DNA from: Candidatus Micrarchaeota archaeon
Lineage (GTDB): Archaea; Micrarchaeota; Micrarchaeia; Anstonellales; Bilamarchaeaceae
Direction: 5' to 3'
DNA length: 64,000 nt
Assembly: GCA_018812715.1 (NCBI GenBank)
Contig: JAHJCT010000011.1
Coordinates: 114,614-178,613, forward strand
A program made the translations under genes and the position numbers. This document shows positions 36,510-47,900 of this stretch, one piece after another; position 1 is the first letter of the stretch, and the number at the start of each line of letters is the position of its first letter. Under the pieces are notes generated by a model, which was given only the letters and a program-made list of their open reading frames with translations, made no database searches and had not been told where the DNA came from.

Positions 36510-37408
36510 TGTCTTTTCTCTATCTGTGTTGTAAACGAATCCAATCCTTTTTTCTTGAACATTTCAGCTATTTTTGATGCTTGTTCCTGGTCTTTAGTAA
36601 GTGCGATGCAACATCCGCCTCCTCCGCCTCCAGTTAATTTCGCACCAATAGCTCCAACTTCAAGTGCAATTTTATTGATTTCATCATTGGTTTCATCTGA
36701 AACTCCTAATTCAGAAAGCAGACTCTGATTTGCATTCATTAATTTTCCAATATCTTCTATTTTTCCTCTTTCTATCGCATGTCTTCCATGAGTGGCAATA
36801 TCAGTATACTCATCCATCAATTGAGTAAATTCTTTTTCATCTTGCTCTTTGAATTTTTTCACTCTTTCTACCATCTTTGCTGTTTCACTATATTTCCCCG
36901 TAAATGTTACAACAAAATCCAATGGTTTGTATAACTCTAATAATTCGAATTTGTTTTTCTCTTTTCCTCTTTCGAAGAGAATCACTCCGCCATGTGTTGC
37001 TATTGTATTATCTATTCCACTTGGATTTCCGTGAAATGCCTTTTCTCCTTCATAAGCATACTTATTTACTTCTTCTTTAGTTAGGTGAATCTTTTTTTCA
37101 TCAGCAAATGCGTGTACCATAGCAACACAAAAAGCTGCAGATGACCCTAGCCCCCCATATGTTCTAAGATCCCCTCGAAGATGAACGCCGTATCTCTCGT
37201 GGATTCCCATAACTGCAAGAACCCTTTCTATACCAGCCAGGCTCATCTTTTCAACTACTTTGTGCTCAGTAATGATCCTATTCTTATCTGATTTTTCTAC
37301 TTCAACAGTAACTTTGCTTGATATTCCACCAGCTATAGCAGGTGCTCCGTGTACGACAAAATGTTCTCCAAATACTATTATCTTTCCCTGTGCCTCTCCA
37401 ATACCCAT
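36506..37408 (-). CDS. mvk: mevalonate kinase (GHMP kinase)
   Basis: GKIIVFGEHFVVHGAPAIAGGI N-terminal motif and GLGSSAA ATP-binding motif of GHMP kinases, 300 aa. Confidence 0.8.
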   Translation of the reverse strand: MGIGEAQGKIIVFGEHFVVHGAPAIAGGISSKVTVEVEKSDKNRIITEHKVVEKMSLAGIERVLAVMGIHERYGVHLRGDLRTYGGLGSSAAFCVAMVHAFADEKKIHLTKEEVNKYAYEGEKAFHGNPSGIDNTIATHGGVILFERGKEKNKFELLELYKPLDFVVTFTGKYSETAKMVERVKKFKEQDEKEFTQLMDEYTDIATHGRHAIERGKIEDIGKLMNANQSLLSELGVSDETNDEINKIALEVGAIGAKLTGGGGGGCCIALTKDQEQASKIAEMFKKKGLDSFTTQIEKRH

Positions 37409-37412
37409 ACCA

Positions 37413-38174
37413 TCAACCTTTTGGTTTTCTTCCTTTTACTTTCGGAGGTTTTATGTCTGGATAAGCGCCTGTTAGCATATGAGAACTTGCATATGGGCGA
37501 TATCCAACAGCCTCAAGACTTTTGCATATAATGTATGGATTTTTTCCTTCTAATTCCTTTAATACAAGTAAAGCATTTCCAAGTGATTTCTTCTTTCCTT
37601 TTGTTAAATTATTAACAGTTGCATCATCCTTTCCCATCCCAGAAAAATCAAATGCTTTATTTACAACACTGAAATTTATTCCCGAGAGTATCCCTGATAC
37701 CTCGTAATCCTGCACTTTCTCCATACTAAGTTTCTTTATTGATACCCAATCCTTATATTTTCCAATAAAAGCTATTTGTTTTCCAATTTCTTCTTTTTCT
37801 GGTTCTAATGTTGCGGTAGAAACCTTGAATTTGACATTTGCAGCTGACAACAGTCTATTGAACAAATAAGAATCAGCTGCAGATTTTAATTCTGGTTTCT
37901 TAACAGTCTCTTTTACTAATTTGTTCCACTCAGTAGATTTATTCTCAAGAAAAGAACATGCGGCTGAAACTCCTTTTCCATCTAATTTAACAAAATCTTC
38001 TATTTTCTTTGTATCTATCCCAGAAAACTTGTATGCATACGGCTCAATTACAGAACTTAGGTATGCAAGTGCCCCACCTACATCTTCAGCTTTTTTCTCA
38101 TTAAGATCAAAGCGTATTCCTAGGCTAAACTCTTTGTATGTTCCAGTAAATATTACTTCGTCTCCACCAAGCAT
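37413..38174 (-). CDS. hypothetical protein
   Basis: 253-aa ORF co-directional with and 5 nt downstream of mvk. No recognisable motifs. Confidence 0.4.
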   Translation of the reverse strand: MLGGDEVIFTGTYKEFSLGIRFDLNEKKAEDVGGALAYLSSVIEPYAYKFSGIDTKKIEDFVKLDGKGVSAACSFLENKSTEWNKLVKETVKKPELKSAADSYLFNRLLSAANVKFKVSTATLEPEKEEIGKQIAFIGKYKDWVSIKKLSMEKVQDYEVSGILSGINFSVVNKAFDFSGMGKDDATVNNLTKGKKKSLGNALLVLKELEGKNPYIICKSLEAVGYRPYASSHMLTGAYPDIKPPKVKGRKPKG

Positions 38175-38235
38175 CTTATCGACCTCTAAAAACTATTAGG
38201 TTCATGAATTTAAATGTTATTCAATTAAAAAGGCC

Positions 38236-39372
38236 ATGCGAGATCGAAAAACCCAGTATAGGCGGAAACTTGAGAAACCACGCTCTATAGAGAAAAAAGG
38301 CCTTCCTACGAAGAAAGTGGCTGTTGTAGTTGGTAAAGCCTATACCATTGATCAACTTCAAGATCTCATTGCTTCTCTATCGAGTGGCTCTTCGGATAGA
38401 GAAATAATTGCAGTAACTAACTTTATTGAAAATCAAAGTTCAATAGCAGAAACTGCTGTCAATACGCCTGAAATATCCGGAACAGAGATAGTAGAATTGG
38501 TTATTGCTGCCGTATTAAAAAATGAAAAAGAACTATTGTCTAAGTTTGAAAAAGAAAATAACGTTCCAGCACTTACTTTTATAGCAAAATCATCGTCAAT
38601 GCCACCCCCAGTACAAAAAAGAGCTGCAGAAGTGCTTCAACGTGCCGAACCTCAAAAAATTGCAAAAGAAGAAATAACTTTTGTCCTGCCATATACTCCA
38701 AAGGAAGTCCAAATACTTATAAAAAATTTAGAAAGCAAAGTAGAGGAAATCAAAATATCTGCCGCTATTCAGTTTATTCACGATTATCCGCGTGTAACTC
38801 CAGCAGTTTTAGCTATGCCGCTGCTAACAGTAACCAGTGTAACCACCAAAGCTGTCGAAGTGATAAAAGTCAATACTGATCGTGTTCTGGATGCTATGGT
38901 ACAAAAAAAGATGGTGCCAGCCCTAATCTTTCTATCTTCTTTGAGTCAAGTTCCATTGCCAATACAAAAACGTGCAAGAGAAGCTGCAGAGAAACTACTT
39001 GTTTCTCCAGTTGAAAAGCCCAGAGAATACGCTTCCTCCAAACACTATGCACCTATGGAATTACAGGCTTTACTTGATGGTCTCGGCAGTGTCGAACGTG
39101 TAAGGGCAGTTAGAAATGCCATTGAATTTTTGAAAAATTATGATATTATAATACAAGCAATCTCAAAAGCGCCAATGCTTACTGTAACGGAAGTAACAAG
39201 CAATGCAGTTAAGGTTATAGAGACTAATTTAGGAAGCATTCTGAAAGAACTAAAAAGGACAAATGATACCGCCACAATTGAGTTTTTAGCACATTCAAGC
39301 AAATTCTCTTCGAAAACTAGAAAGAAAGCAGCTCAAGTACTGAAGCTTATGTTTGAACCATCTGAAGAATAA
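38236..39372 (+). CDS. hypothetical protein with three internal ~100-aa repeats
   Basis: Repeated blocks ...AVTNFIENQSSIAETAVNTPEISGTEIVELVIAAVLKN.../...ISAAIQFIHDYPRVTPAVLAMPLLTVTSVTTKAVEVIKVN.../...AVRNAIEFLKNYDIIIQAISKAPMLTVTEVTSNAVKVIETN... Confidence 0.4.
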   Translation: MRDRKTQYRRKLEKPRSIEKKGLPTKKVAVVVGKAYTIDQLQDLIASLSSGSSDREIIAVTNFIENQSSIAETAVNTPEISGTEIVELVIAAVLKNEKELLSKFEKENNVPALTFIAKSSSMPPPVQKRAAEVLQRAEPQKIAKEEITFVLPYTPKEVQILIKNLESKVEEIKISAAIQFIHDYPRVTPAVLAMPLLTVTSVTTKAVEVIKVNTDRVLDAMVQKKMVPALIFLSSLSQVPLPIQKRAREAAEKLLVSPVEKPREYASSKHYAPMELQALLDGLGSVERVRAVRNAIEFLKNYDIIIQAISKAPMLTVTEVTSNAVKVIETNLGSILKELKRTNDTATIEFLAHSSKFSSKTRKKAAQVLKLMFEPSEE

Positions 39373-39409
39373 ACTAATAAAAACATAATCACTTATTAGC
39401 TTTCACTAA

Positions 39410-39646
39410 GCCCTTGTAGCTCAGCGGTAGAGCGCGTCCTTGGTATCCCAACTTTTAGGAAACAACAAAGAACTTTGTTCTTTGTGCCCCATGAAAGCAT
39501 TGTTTTTATGTGGGAGTTGGATCAAAACTGGCCAAAGAGGACGAGGTCGCGAGTTCAAAAAACTTTCCCGATGAAATCTCATATTAAAGTGTTATCAAAC
39601 TTCATGAGTTGAAACTGGTCAAGTTTTGGAAATCTCGCCGGGGGCT
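39410..39646 (+). tRNA. tRNA-Thr (anticodon GGU) with two introns (92 nt at 37/38 and ~73 nt in the T-loop at ~59/60)
   Basis: Exons: GCCCTTG-TA-GCTC-AGCGGTA-GAGC-G-CGTCC-TTGGTA[39446..39537]A-GGACG-AGGTC-GCGAG-TTCAAA[39560..39632]T-CTCGC-CGGGGGC-T. All four stems pair (acceptor with two G-U). Mature length 72 nt. First intron contains a perfect hairpin CAAAGAAC-TTT-GTTCTTTG. Confidence 0.75.
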
Positions 39647-39676
39647 ATTTATATTTCTTATGATCTTATTTTGCCT

Positions 39677-40615
39677 ATGAAGTATCTGATATCATCTCTT
39701 TTGATTTTTATCCTTCTTATTGGCTGTACTCAAGAAGACAAAACACTCAAAGGTGTGAGTCTCTCACCACGAACATCAGGAGATGAAGATTTTTTGGGTT
39801 TCTTTGAAAAATCAAAGCAGACTGGCAATATGGTTATGTGGGCAGGTGACTGGAATGAGCTTCCAGATGGAGCTCCGAAAGTAGTGACTGAGCTTTCATC
39901 AACTTATGGATATACTCCTATCATTGAAGTTACTTATTATTCTCAAGGTGATGGTCAGCTAATAAGACCATTTAATGAAACAATAAAAGAACTTTACAAA
40001 AACAAAGCTATCGAATTTGCTGAAAAATATAAACCAAAATACCTTGGTCTTGGGATTGAAGTAAATATTATGTATGAAAAATCTCCTGATGATTTTGAAG
40101 ATTTTGTTATTTTCTATGATGAAGTTTATGATACTGTAAAAGAAGTCTCTCCAAACACAAAAGTATTTACGGTTTTTCAATTGGAAAAAATGAAAGGCTT
40201 AACTTTCTGGTCTGATGGAACGTTGAATTCTAGTAAAGCACAATGGTTCCTTCTTGATCGATTTGATTCGGATCTTGCTGTTTTTAGTACATATCCAGGA
40301 TTAGTATATAAGGATCCTTCAGAGATTCCCGCAGATTACTATACAGAAATAACACTCCATACAGATAAGCCCATTGCATTCACAGAAATGGGTTGGCATA
40401 GTGCGGCAAGCCCTCAAGGCTGGGAGAGCAGTGAAGAAGAACAAGCAGAATTTATCACGACTTTCTTTAATCTTACCAAAGATCTGAATAAAGAAATAAT
40501 CATCTGGAGTTTTATGTATGATCCAGATACAATAGAACCATTCAATAGCATGGGTCTACGTAATAGTGATGGAACAGCCAAATCTGCATGGAATGTTTGG
40601 ATTACTGCTGAATAA
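39677..40615 (+). CDS. lipoprotein, possible TIM-barrel glycoside hydrolase-like
   Basis: Start chosen at MKYLISSLLIFILLIGC (lipobox), downstream of the tRNA-Thr 3' end. IAFTEMGWHS resembles a GH5/GH26-type nucleophile region. The glycoside hydrolase assignment is weak. Confidence 0.35.
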   Translation: MKYLISSLLIFILLIGCTQEDKTLKGVSLSPRTSGDEDFLGFFEKSKQTGNMVMWAGDWNELPDGAPKVVTELSSTYGYTPIIEVTYYSQGDGQLIRPFNETIKELYKNKAIEFAEKYKPKYLGLGIEVNIMYEKSPDDFEDFVIFYDEVYDTVKEVSPNTKVFTVFQLEKMKGLTFWSDGTLNSSKAQWFLLDRFDSDLAVFSTYPGLVYKDPSEIPADYYTEITLHTDKPIAFTEMGWHSAASPQGWESSEEEQAEFITTFFNLTKDLNKEIIIWSFMYDPDTIEPFNSMGLRNSDGTAKSAWNVWITAE

Positions 40616-40841
40616 TATCAAGTAGTATGGAAATTTCCATCTCTGTCTCTAGTAAATTTATGACCATGGTCTACTTGACATAAAAATATATTTTCTTTTT
40701 TAACTAATGGGGACCAAAGTCCTTTGTATATATGACAATGTGGACATGCTGGACCTGTATTCATGGGATTTCACCTCTTCTGATCGAACCTACGCATATA
40801 CACTATTATGGTTTAAAAATGCTTGGTCTTTGATCTTTTCC

Positions 40842-41609
40842 ATGAGAGCTTTAGCAATTTTTATATTGTCGTTATTGTTGGTTTTTGGATGTGCAACTAC
40901 TGAACCTACTGAGCAACCGCCAGCTCAAAATATCTCAGAACCGCCTCTTGAAAATATTACTGAACCTGGAAACACAACTAATATTACCTGCGAGGAACAT
41001 TGCCCAACATTATCTCACATTCAATGTGTTGGTGAATGGAATATTTCAGGTATTTACCCTGATTGCGAATGCGAATTTACATGTAATACTGAAGAAGTTC
41101 AACCAGAAGAAAACATAACAGAAAATGAAACACCAGAGTTTTCATTTCCATTTACTAATCAAACTTTAGAGGAAATGATAACTGAAAATTTAGCTGAATT
41201 AAGAAGCGATTTTTATCATGATCATTCAGGAGTATTTGATGTCAATACTTATACTTGGAAACGCATTCCATCCAATGCCTCACCTGGTGAAATTACCATT
41301 GATGCTGCTCCAGCGTCAGACATAAAATTCGACGACACAGTAATTCAAAGTGTTCAAGCATCCGGTTTCATTGTTTTTGAAAATACTGGTACAGAAGAAA
41401 TCAATACTTTCGGCTTTGCCATCTTTAGTGAGATGATAACTATGCTAGATAGTTATACTGGCAGTGATGCTTTTGATATTTACTATTTTCAGGAGATAAT
41501 AGATAAAAATTTGTATGACTGCTGGGTCTACGAAAAGATTGTCGAAGAAAACAAAAATGGTTATGTCTCAACATACTTCTTCCAGTGTGAAAGAGTAATT
41601 GAAAAATGA
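40842..41609 (+). CDS. secreted Cys-containing hypothetical lipoprotein
   Basis: Start chosen at MRALAIFILSLLLVFGC (signal plus lipobox). Acidic Thr/Glu-rich body with CEEHC...C...C.C.C cluster. Confidence 0.4.
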   Translation: MRALAIFILSLLLVFGCATTEPTEQPPAQNISEPPLENITEPGNTTNITCEEHCPTLSHIQCVGEWNISGIYPDCECEFTCNTEEVQPEENITENETPEFSFPFTNQTLEEMITENLAELRSDFYHDHSGVFDVNTYTWKRIPSNASPGEITIDAAPASDIKFDDTVIQSVQASGFIVFENTGTEEINTFGFAIFSEMITMLDSYTGSDAFDIYYFQEIIDKNLYDCWVYEKIVEENKNGYVSTYFFQCERVIEK

Positions 41610-41930
41610 CGCGGCAAAGAGTCTAATAAGTCGGCAGCTTAGCTTTTTTTCCGTTCATACTGACTTTAGGAAACCGTCGTCCCCTCTTTTGAATCTGTGT
41701 TGCGGGTTTGCATTGCATTCGAAATGATCTCCCTTCTCGCATAAAGGAGAGTGCATACCTAAACCCATACTACACTCAGGACAACCCATTATGTATCCAT
41801 TTTCCATGGGTATCAACTCCATATTATACTGGTCGCATATTCATACGGAGGAGAACTTTTTAAATCATTGCATCATTTTTCCTCTAAAGTTCATGGAAAA
41901 TAATATAAAGCTAAAGATATATGACAAAGT

Positions 41931-44900
41931 ATGCGCGCATATCTTTTATTATTATTGATGATTTTAGCAGGTTTATCTTTTTCTATCGACGTTTCAAGCT
42001 GTGAGAATATCACAGCACCTGGTGTTTATGAACTAACTACCAATCTTGTAGGTGCACCTAATAATGCCTCTGAAGTATCGAGTATTGACTGGGCATGTAT
42101 AAAGATAGCATCTTCAGACGTAGTCTTTGACTGTATGGGATATACAATAACAAACGACGGAACTCTAGCTGCTGCAGGTATCGTTGTTAATGGTTCTAGT
42201 GGAATTAACTATCCCAATGTAACAGTAAGAAACTGCCCTTCGATTACACAATATTACTATGGTATTTACATTTATCGAACTAATGAAACTACCGTCACAA
42301 ATGTAACATTGTATAACAACACATATTCATTTGCTTCCCTTATATCTGATTATCTTAATCTCACAAATAACACAGCTTACGATCAAACTGCTGGTTTTGA
42401 GATTATTGGTTGTGCTGGATGCAGTCTTATTGATAATGTTGTTTACGATATGTCAGATGTTGGTATTGCTAGCAGTGGCTGTTTTTATTGTAATTTTATA
42501 AATAATAGTATGTATGACGGCTCAGATTATGGATTTTATATTGAGCAAACTGGTGATACTAATTTTATCAATAACACAGTTTTTGATATCTCTAATGATG
42601 CATTTCATATCAGCGGTGCTAGTGATTGCAACTTCATAAACAATACAGTCTATAACAGCCTCGATGGTATGGACCTTTATATGACCAGCAATATGACTAT
42701 CATCAATAACTCATTTTATAACAACAATGAAGATGCTATTGAAATTTATGAAGGTGGCGATAACAATTTATCAAATAACGAACTCTATAACAATGAACGG
42801 GGCCTCAGCATATACAATGCTTCTGCAACACGTGTAATCGGAGATCATTATTATAACAACAGCATAGATATCTTCGTTAATGGAACAGGAATAACAGTCG
42901 ATCTTTCTGGTGTTATCTTTGATAATGATGCTGGAACACTGGCAGATTACACAAACATCTCTTTAACTGATACAGTTGCATCCATCTACACTATAGATCA
43001 CGCAGTTCAACCCGCAGCACTACCGCCCAATATGGCGTCATTTGAAAATAAATTTGTAAACATTACAAATCTAACAAGCGGGGTTTCAATAGATACTATT
43101 ATCTGGCACTGGACAGAGGCTGAAACTGCTGGTTATACTGAAGCTAACTTTGAATTATGGAAATATAATGTTTCAGGTTGGGCCGATACTGGTGCTACCC
43201 CCAATACCGCAACTAACACATTCACTTTAACAAATCTAAATCCGGCAAGCACTTATGCAATATTGCAAACAAGTGTTTGTCCAGTTATAAGTTCAAGCGG
43301 AACATATGCCCAACTAGGCGATCTTGTTGGCGCCCCCAATTCTGCAAGTCCAGTTTTCGGTTCTGTATGTGTAAAGATAACTGCATCTAATGTTGTCTAT
43401 GATTGTAATGGTTATAGTATCACTAATGACGGAACAGGTTCTGCTATGGGTATAATGATTGGCAGAACATCAGATCTTAATCCAGAAATAACAAATGTTA
43501 CCGTTAGAAACTGCCCAAGCGTTTCGCAATATACCTATGGTATTTATACTCGCGGAGCTAATGATAGTTTCATAATTAATTCTACAGTTCACAACAATGC
43601 CGGCTATGGTACTTTCTTTATGCTCAGTAATGATATCACTGTTATCAATAGCACCGCACATAGCAATGGACTTGATGGATTTTATACCTCTACAAGTTCC
43701 ACATTTACTAATTTCTCCAATAACACAGCTTATAACAACACTCGTAGTGGTTTTGTTCTTTTCCCGGGAGCTAATAGTACAGTTTTGGATAACACTGCAT
43801 ATAATAACACGGAATATGGTTTCTACTGGAGAATGAGTGGTGGTAGTAACGCCATCAATAACACAGCACACAACAACGGGCTGAGTGGCTTCTATCTTTA
43901 TGATTCAGATAACAATACTCTTTTGAATAATACAGCGTACAATAATTCAAATGAAGGTATTCTTCTCGTTGATTCCAATAACAATGAATTCAATAATAAT
44001 GAAGCATATGAAAATTATGTTGGTATCTCAACTTATCATTCAGACTACAATACTCTGCAAAATAACTCGGTTCATAACAATGTAATGACTGCCATTGTTG
44101 TAAATAGTTCTTCTTATAACAATTTGACTAACAATACTATCTATAATCATCGCGGAGCGATGGGGCCAGCATTTGGAATTTATGTTGAAGCATCATCATA
44201 TCAAAATCAAATTACAGATAATAACCTCACTAATAACACGGTTTGTATAGTCCTGGGGGCAACCAGAACTGCATTTAATGGCGGTAACAATTGGATAGTA
44301 AATAACACTATGACTGATGCATATATGGGTGTTTTCCTTTACCTAGCTGATAATACATCTGTAATAGAAAATCATATCAGCAATGTTCCGGAGACGAGTG
44401 CAATTATCGTTTTAGGTTCTGATATTTATGGCATGTTTGGCGGCGGATATCTAGGCGCTTACAACAATACTTTCATTGGCAATGTAATAGAAAACAGTAC
44501 TGGTTTCATTTTCTACATGGCAAATAACAATGTAATTCAGTCAAATATTATAGCAAATGCCACTGGCTACTTTAATTGGTCTGACGCAGGGATTTTAGAA
44601 AATTATACTGGTTTTTACTTCTATGAATCCAATTATTCAAATCTGTCTGACAATTTAGTATACAATCTTTCTGGTTACGCACTCCACATAATCGATTCAG
44701 AATCTGTTAATGCCTCTGATACACATGTTTATAACAATGATAGAGGTGCTCTGTTTGTTTCTGCTTCAGTAGCAACAAATCTTTACTTATCAAACTTCAC
44801 AATAGATAATCCATCAGGCAACTTCCAAAATTATACAAGCATCTCACTTACTGATGCTGTTGATGGTGACAGTAAATATACTATTAACTGGTCATTCAAT

Positions 44901-47900
44901 TCAACTGCTTTACCTGCCAATTACTTTTCATTTGAAGGGAAATATGTAGATATAAGTCAATACAAAGGAGGAGTACCTAGTATAATAGATTCAATTACAT
45001 GGACTTGGCTAAATTCAGAGTTGTCAGGATATGATGAATCCAGATTTGAATTATGGCAATATAATGGAACTTGGACCAATATGGGTGCAACATTGGATAC
45101 TGGAGCAAACGCATTGACAGTAACAAACCTGAATCCAGAAAGTACCTATAGTATACTACAAAGTAATCTGTCTACATGTATGCTGATCAATTCTTCAGGT
45201 TATTATCAACTTAATACTAATCTTCAGGGTGCTCCAATAAATGCTGCCCCTCTAACCGGAACTGCTTGTATAAAAATAAATAGTTCAGATGTAGTCCTTG
45301 ATTGTAATGGATTTACTATTACAAATAATGGAACTGCTGGAACTACAAGAGGTATTCTAGCGGTAGGTCCAATCTCAAACATAACAATTTTCAATTGTCC
45401 AGGAATTGCAAATTATACCAATGGTATTGAGGTCGTTGAATCTAATGATACCTTAGTTCTAAATAATACGGTCTATGAAATTGGCACCGATGGTTTAAGT
45501 GTAACAAACTGTACCAACTCTGAATTTATCAACAACACAGCTTACAATATTACAGATGATGCCTTTGACTTTTACAACTGTACCAATATTACAGTGATAA
45601 ATAATACTGGCTATTTGATATTTAGTGGTGACATCTTTGAAAATAGTCTTTGCAACAATTGTGATTTCATAGATAACAGTGCTCTTGGAGGATTCGCCGA
45701 TGCCTTTGACTTTAATTATTGTAATAATACAAACCTCATAAACAATACCTTAAGTTTTGCTTTAGATAATCTTGTGGAAGCAACCTATTCTATAAATTGG
45801 ACCGTAATTAACAATACACTTCACGATGCTGGAAACGATGCCTTTTTCTTTGGCGATGCTGTCAATATTGTTTTCCTAAATAATACTGTTCATGATATAC
45901 AAAATGAATTCTTTGATATTGAACTTTGTAGTAATTGTAACCTCACCAACAACACAGGTTACATGTCATATGCTGGGGGCGGACTTAATCTTATTGATTC
46001 CAATATCATTACAGTAACAAATAACACTTTCTATGATGTTACTCTTGATGCTTCATATGCAGAAAATTGTACTAATTGTAATTTCATAAATAACACCGCT
46101 TATAACTCCACTGATGCAGATATATTTGATTTCGACAGATGTACTAACCTTACAGTAATGAATAATAGTGGTTTTCTAACACTTAACAGCAACATCTTTG
46201 AAACTAGCCGCTGTAATAATTGTGATTTCATAAATAATCTTGCTATGGGGGCAATAATTAATGCTAGTAGCGCCTTTGACTTTGCTGCTTGTAATAATAC
46301 CAACATCATAAACAATAATGTAACCTGGAGTATTAATGATCTTGTGCAAGTAAGTTATTGTATAAACTGCAGTGTAATCAATAACACACTTTACTATGCT
46401 GGGGGAGATGGTTTTGCTCTTGGTAAATCTATCAATTTTACTCTTTTAAATAATACAGTCAATGGTGTTATAGATGACGGAGCTGATATAAAAGAGTTAA
46501 ATGATAGTATCATTAGAAATAATTTATTATATAATATATCTGATAACGGTATTGAATTTTCTGAATGTGATAATTGCACTCTAATCAACAATACTATTTA
46601 TAATGTAAGTATTAATGGCTATTACTTAGATGAGATGACTAATTGTGTTCTTATCAATAATACAGCCTATGATATTGGAGACGATGGATATGATGGTGGA
46701 GATTCAAGCAATACTAATTTCACAAATAATTTAGCTTATGATACTGGAGGTGACGGTTTCCAATTTGAAGACTCTACTAACATCATTTTCCTTAACAACA
46801 CAGCATACGACAACCCTGAGTTTGGGTTCAGCCTAAACAACTCGCCGAGCAACACTTTTGTCAATAACACAGCGTATAATAATGGATATGCTGGGTTTGC
46901 TGCATTCCTTGGCTCTAATGGCAATAATTTCACCAGAAACCTGGCTTACAACAATACTGGTTTTGCACTCCTTGAAGTTTATAATACCAATCTGGATTCC
47001 AATATTGCGAGAGATAGTGAGGGTTATGGGGTCCAGGTAATTGGTCTTATGCTAGGCATACCATTTGTTGATGATCTAGATGACGTTGGTTTCCTTTTCT
47101 ATGAATCCGATAGTTCTATTGTATTCAACAATAGTGCTTACAATTTCACAGGAAACATGAGCGGAGATGAAGAATCATATGGTTTTGTTGTTTACTTAAG
47201 CGACAATAACAACTTCACCAACAATCTTGCACATACTACTAATGATTCCGGCTTCTTATTGCTAAATTCATCTTACAATAATCTTACCAATAATACTGTA
47301 TATGACAACCGGGAAGCTGGAATAGCTCTTGAAGAGAATTGTACTTGGAATATTCTAACTAACAACACTGCCCACCATAATGGCCTTATCGGTATTAATC
47401 TACAAGATGGTCCTTTCGCAAACGGAATATATGGAACAAATGCTTATAGTAATGGCTGGTGTTCCTTCCAAATTTTTGATGCTGATACGAATGGCTTCAT
47501 TAACAATACAGTGACTAATGACACTGGTTTCATTGTCATATTTTCCAATGATACTCAAATCCTTTCAAATACTGTAGCCAACAGCAGTGGAAGTGGAGTA
47601 AGCTCTTATATACCAACAATTGATGATAGTGGTGTTGTTTTGATATACTCTAACTACACTAATATATCTGATAATGTGGTTTACAATTTAACCAACAACA
47701 CATCTCATGCTTTCTATCTTGATCAAAGCAATAACAATCTTCTCATAAATAATACAGCTTATATTAATGGAGAAACAGGTTTCTATGTGCACAACTCCCA
47801 TTACAATACCTTAGTGAATAATACTGATAACAACAACCATGAAGGTTTTATTATTGACAGTGGCTCGTCCTTTAATATTCTCTATAACAACACGGCCATG

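Noticed and set aside
43470-46933. Minus-strand ORFs (133 aa, 71 aa, 65 aa, 65 aa) inside the beta-helix giant gene
   Set aside because: Embedded antisense ORFs within a strongly supported 2,171-codon repeat protein. No motifs.
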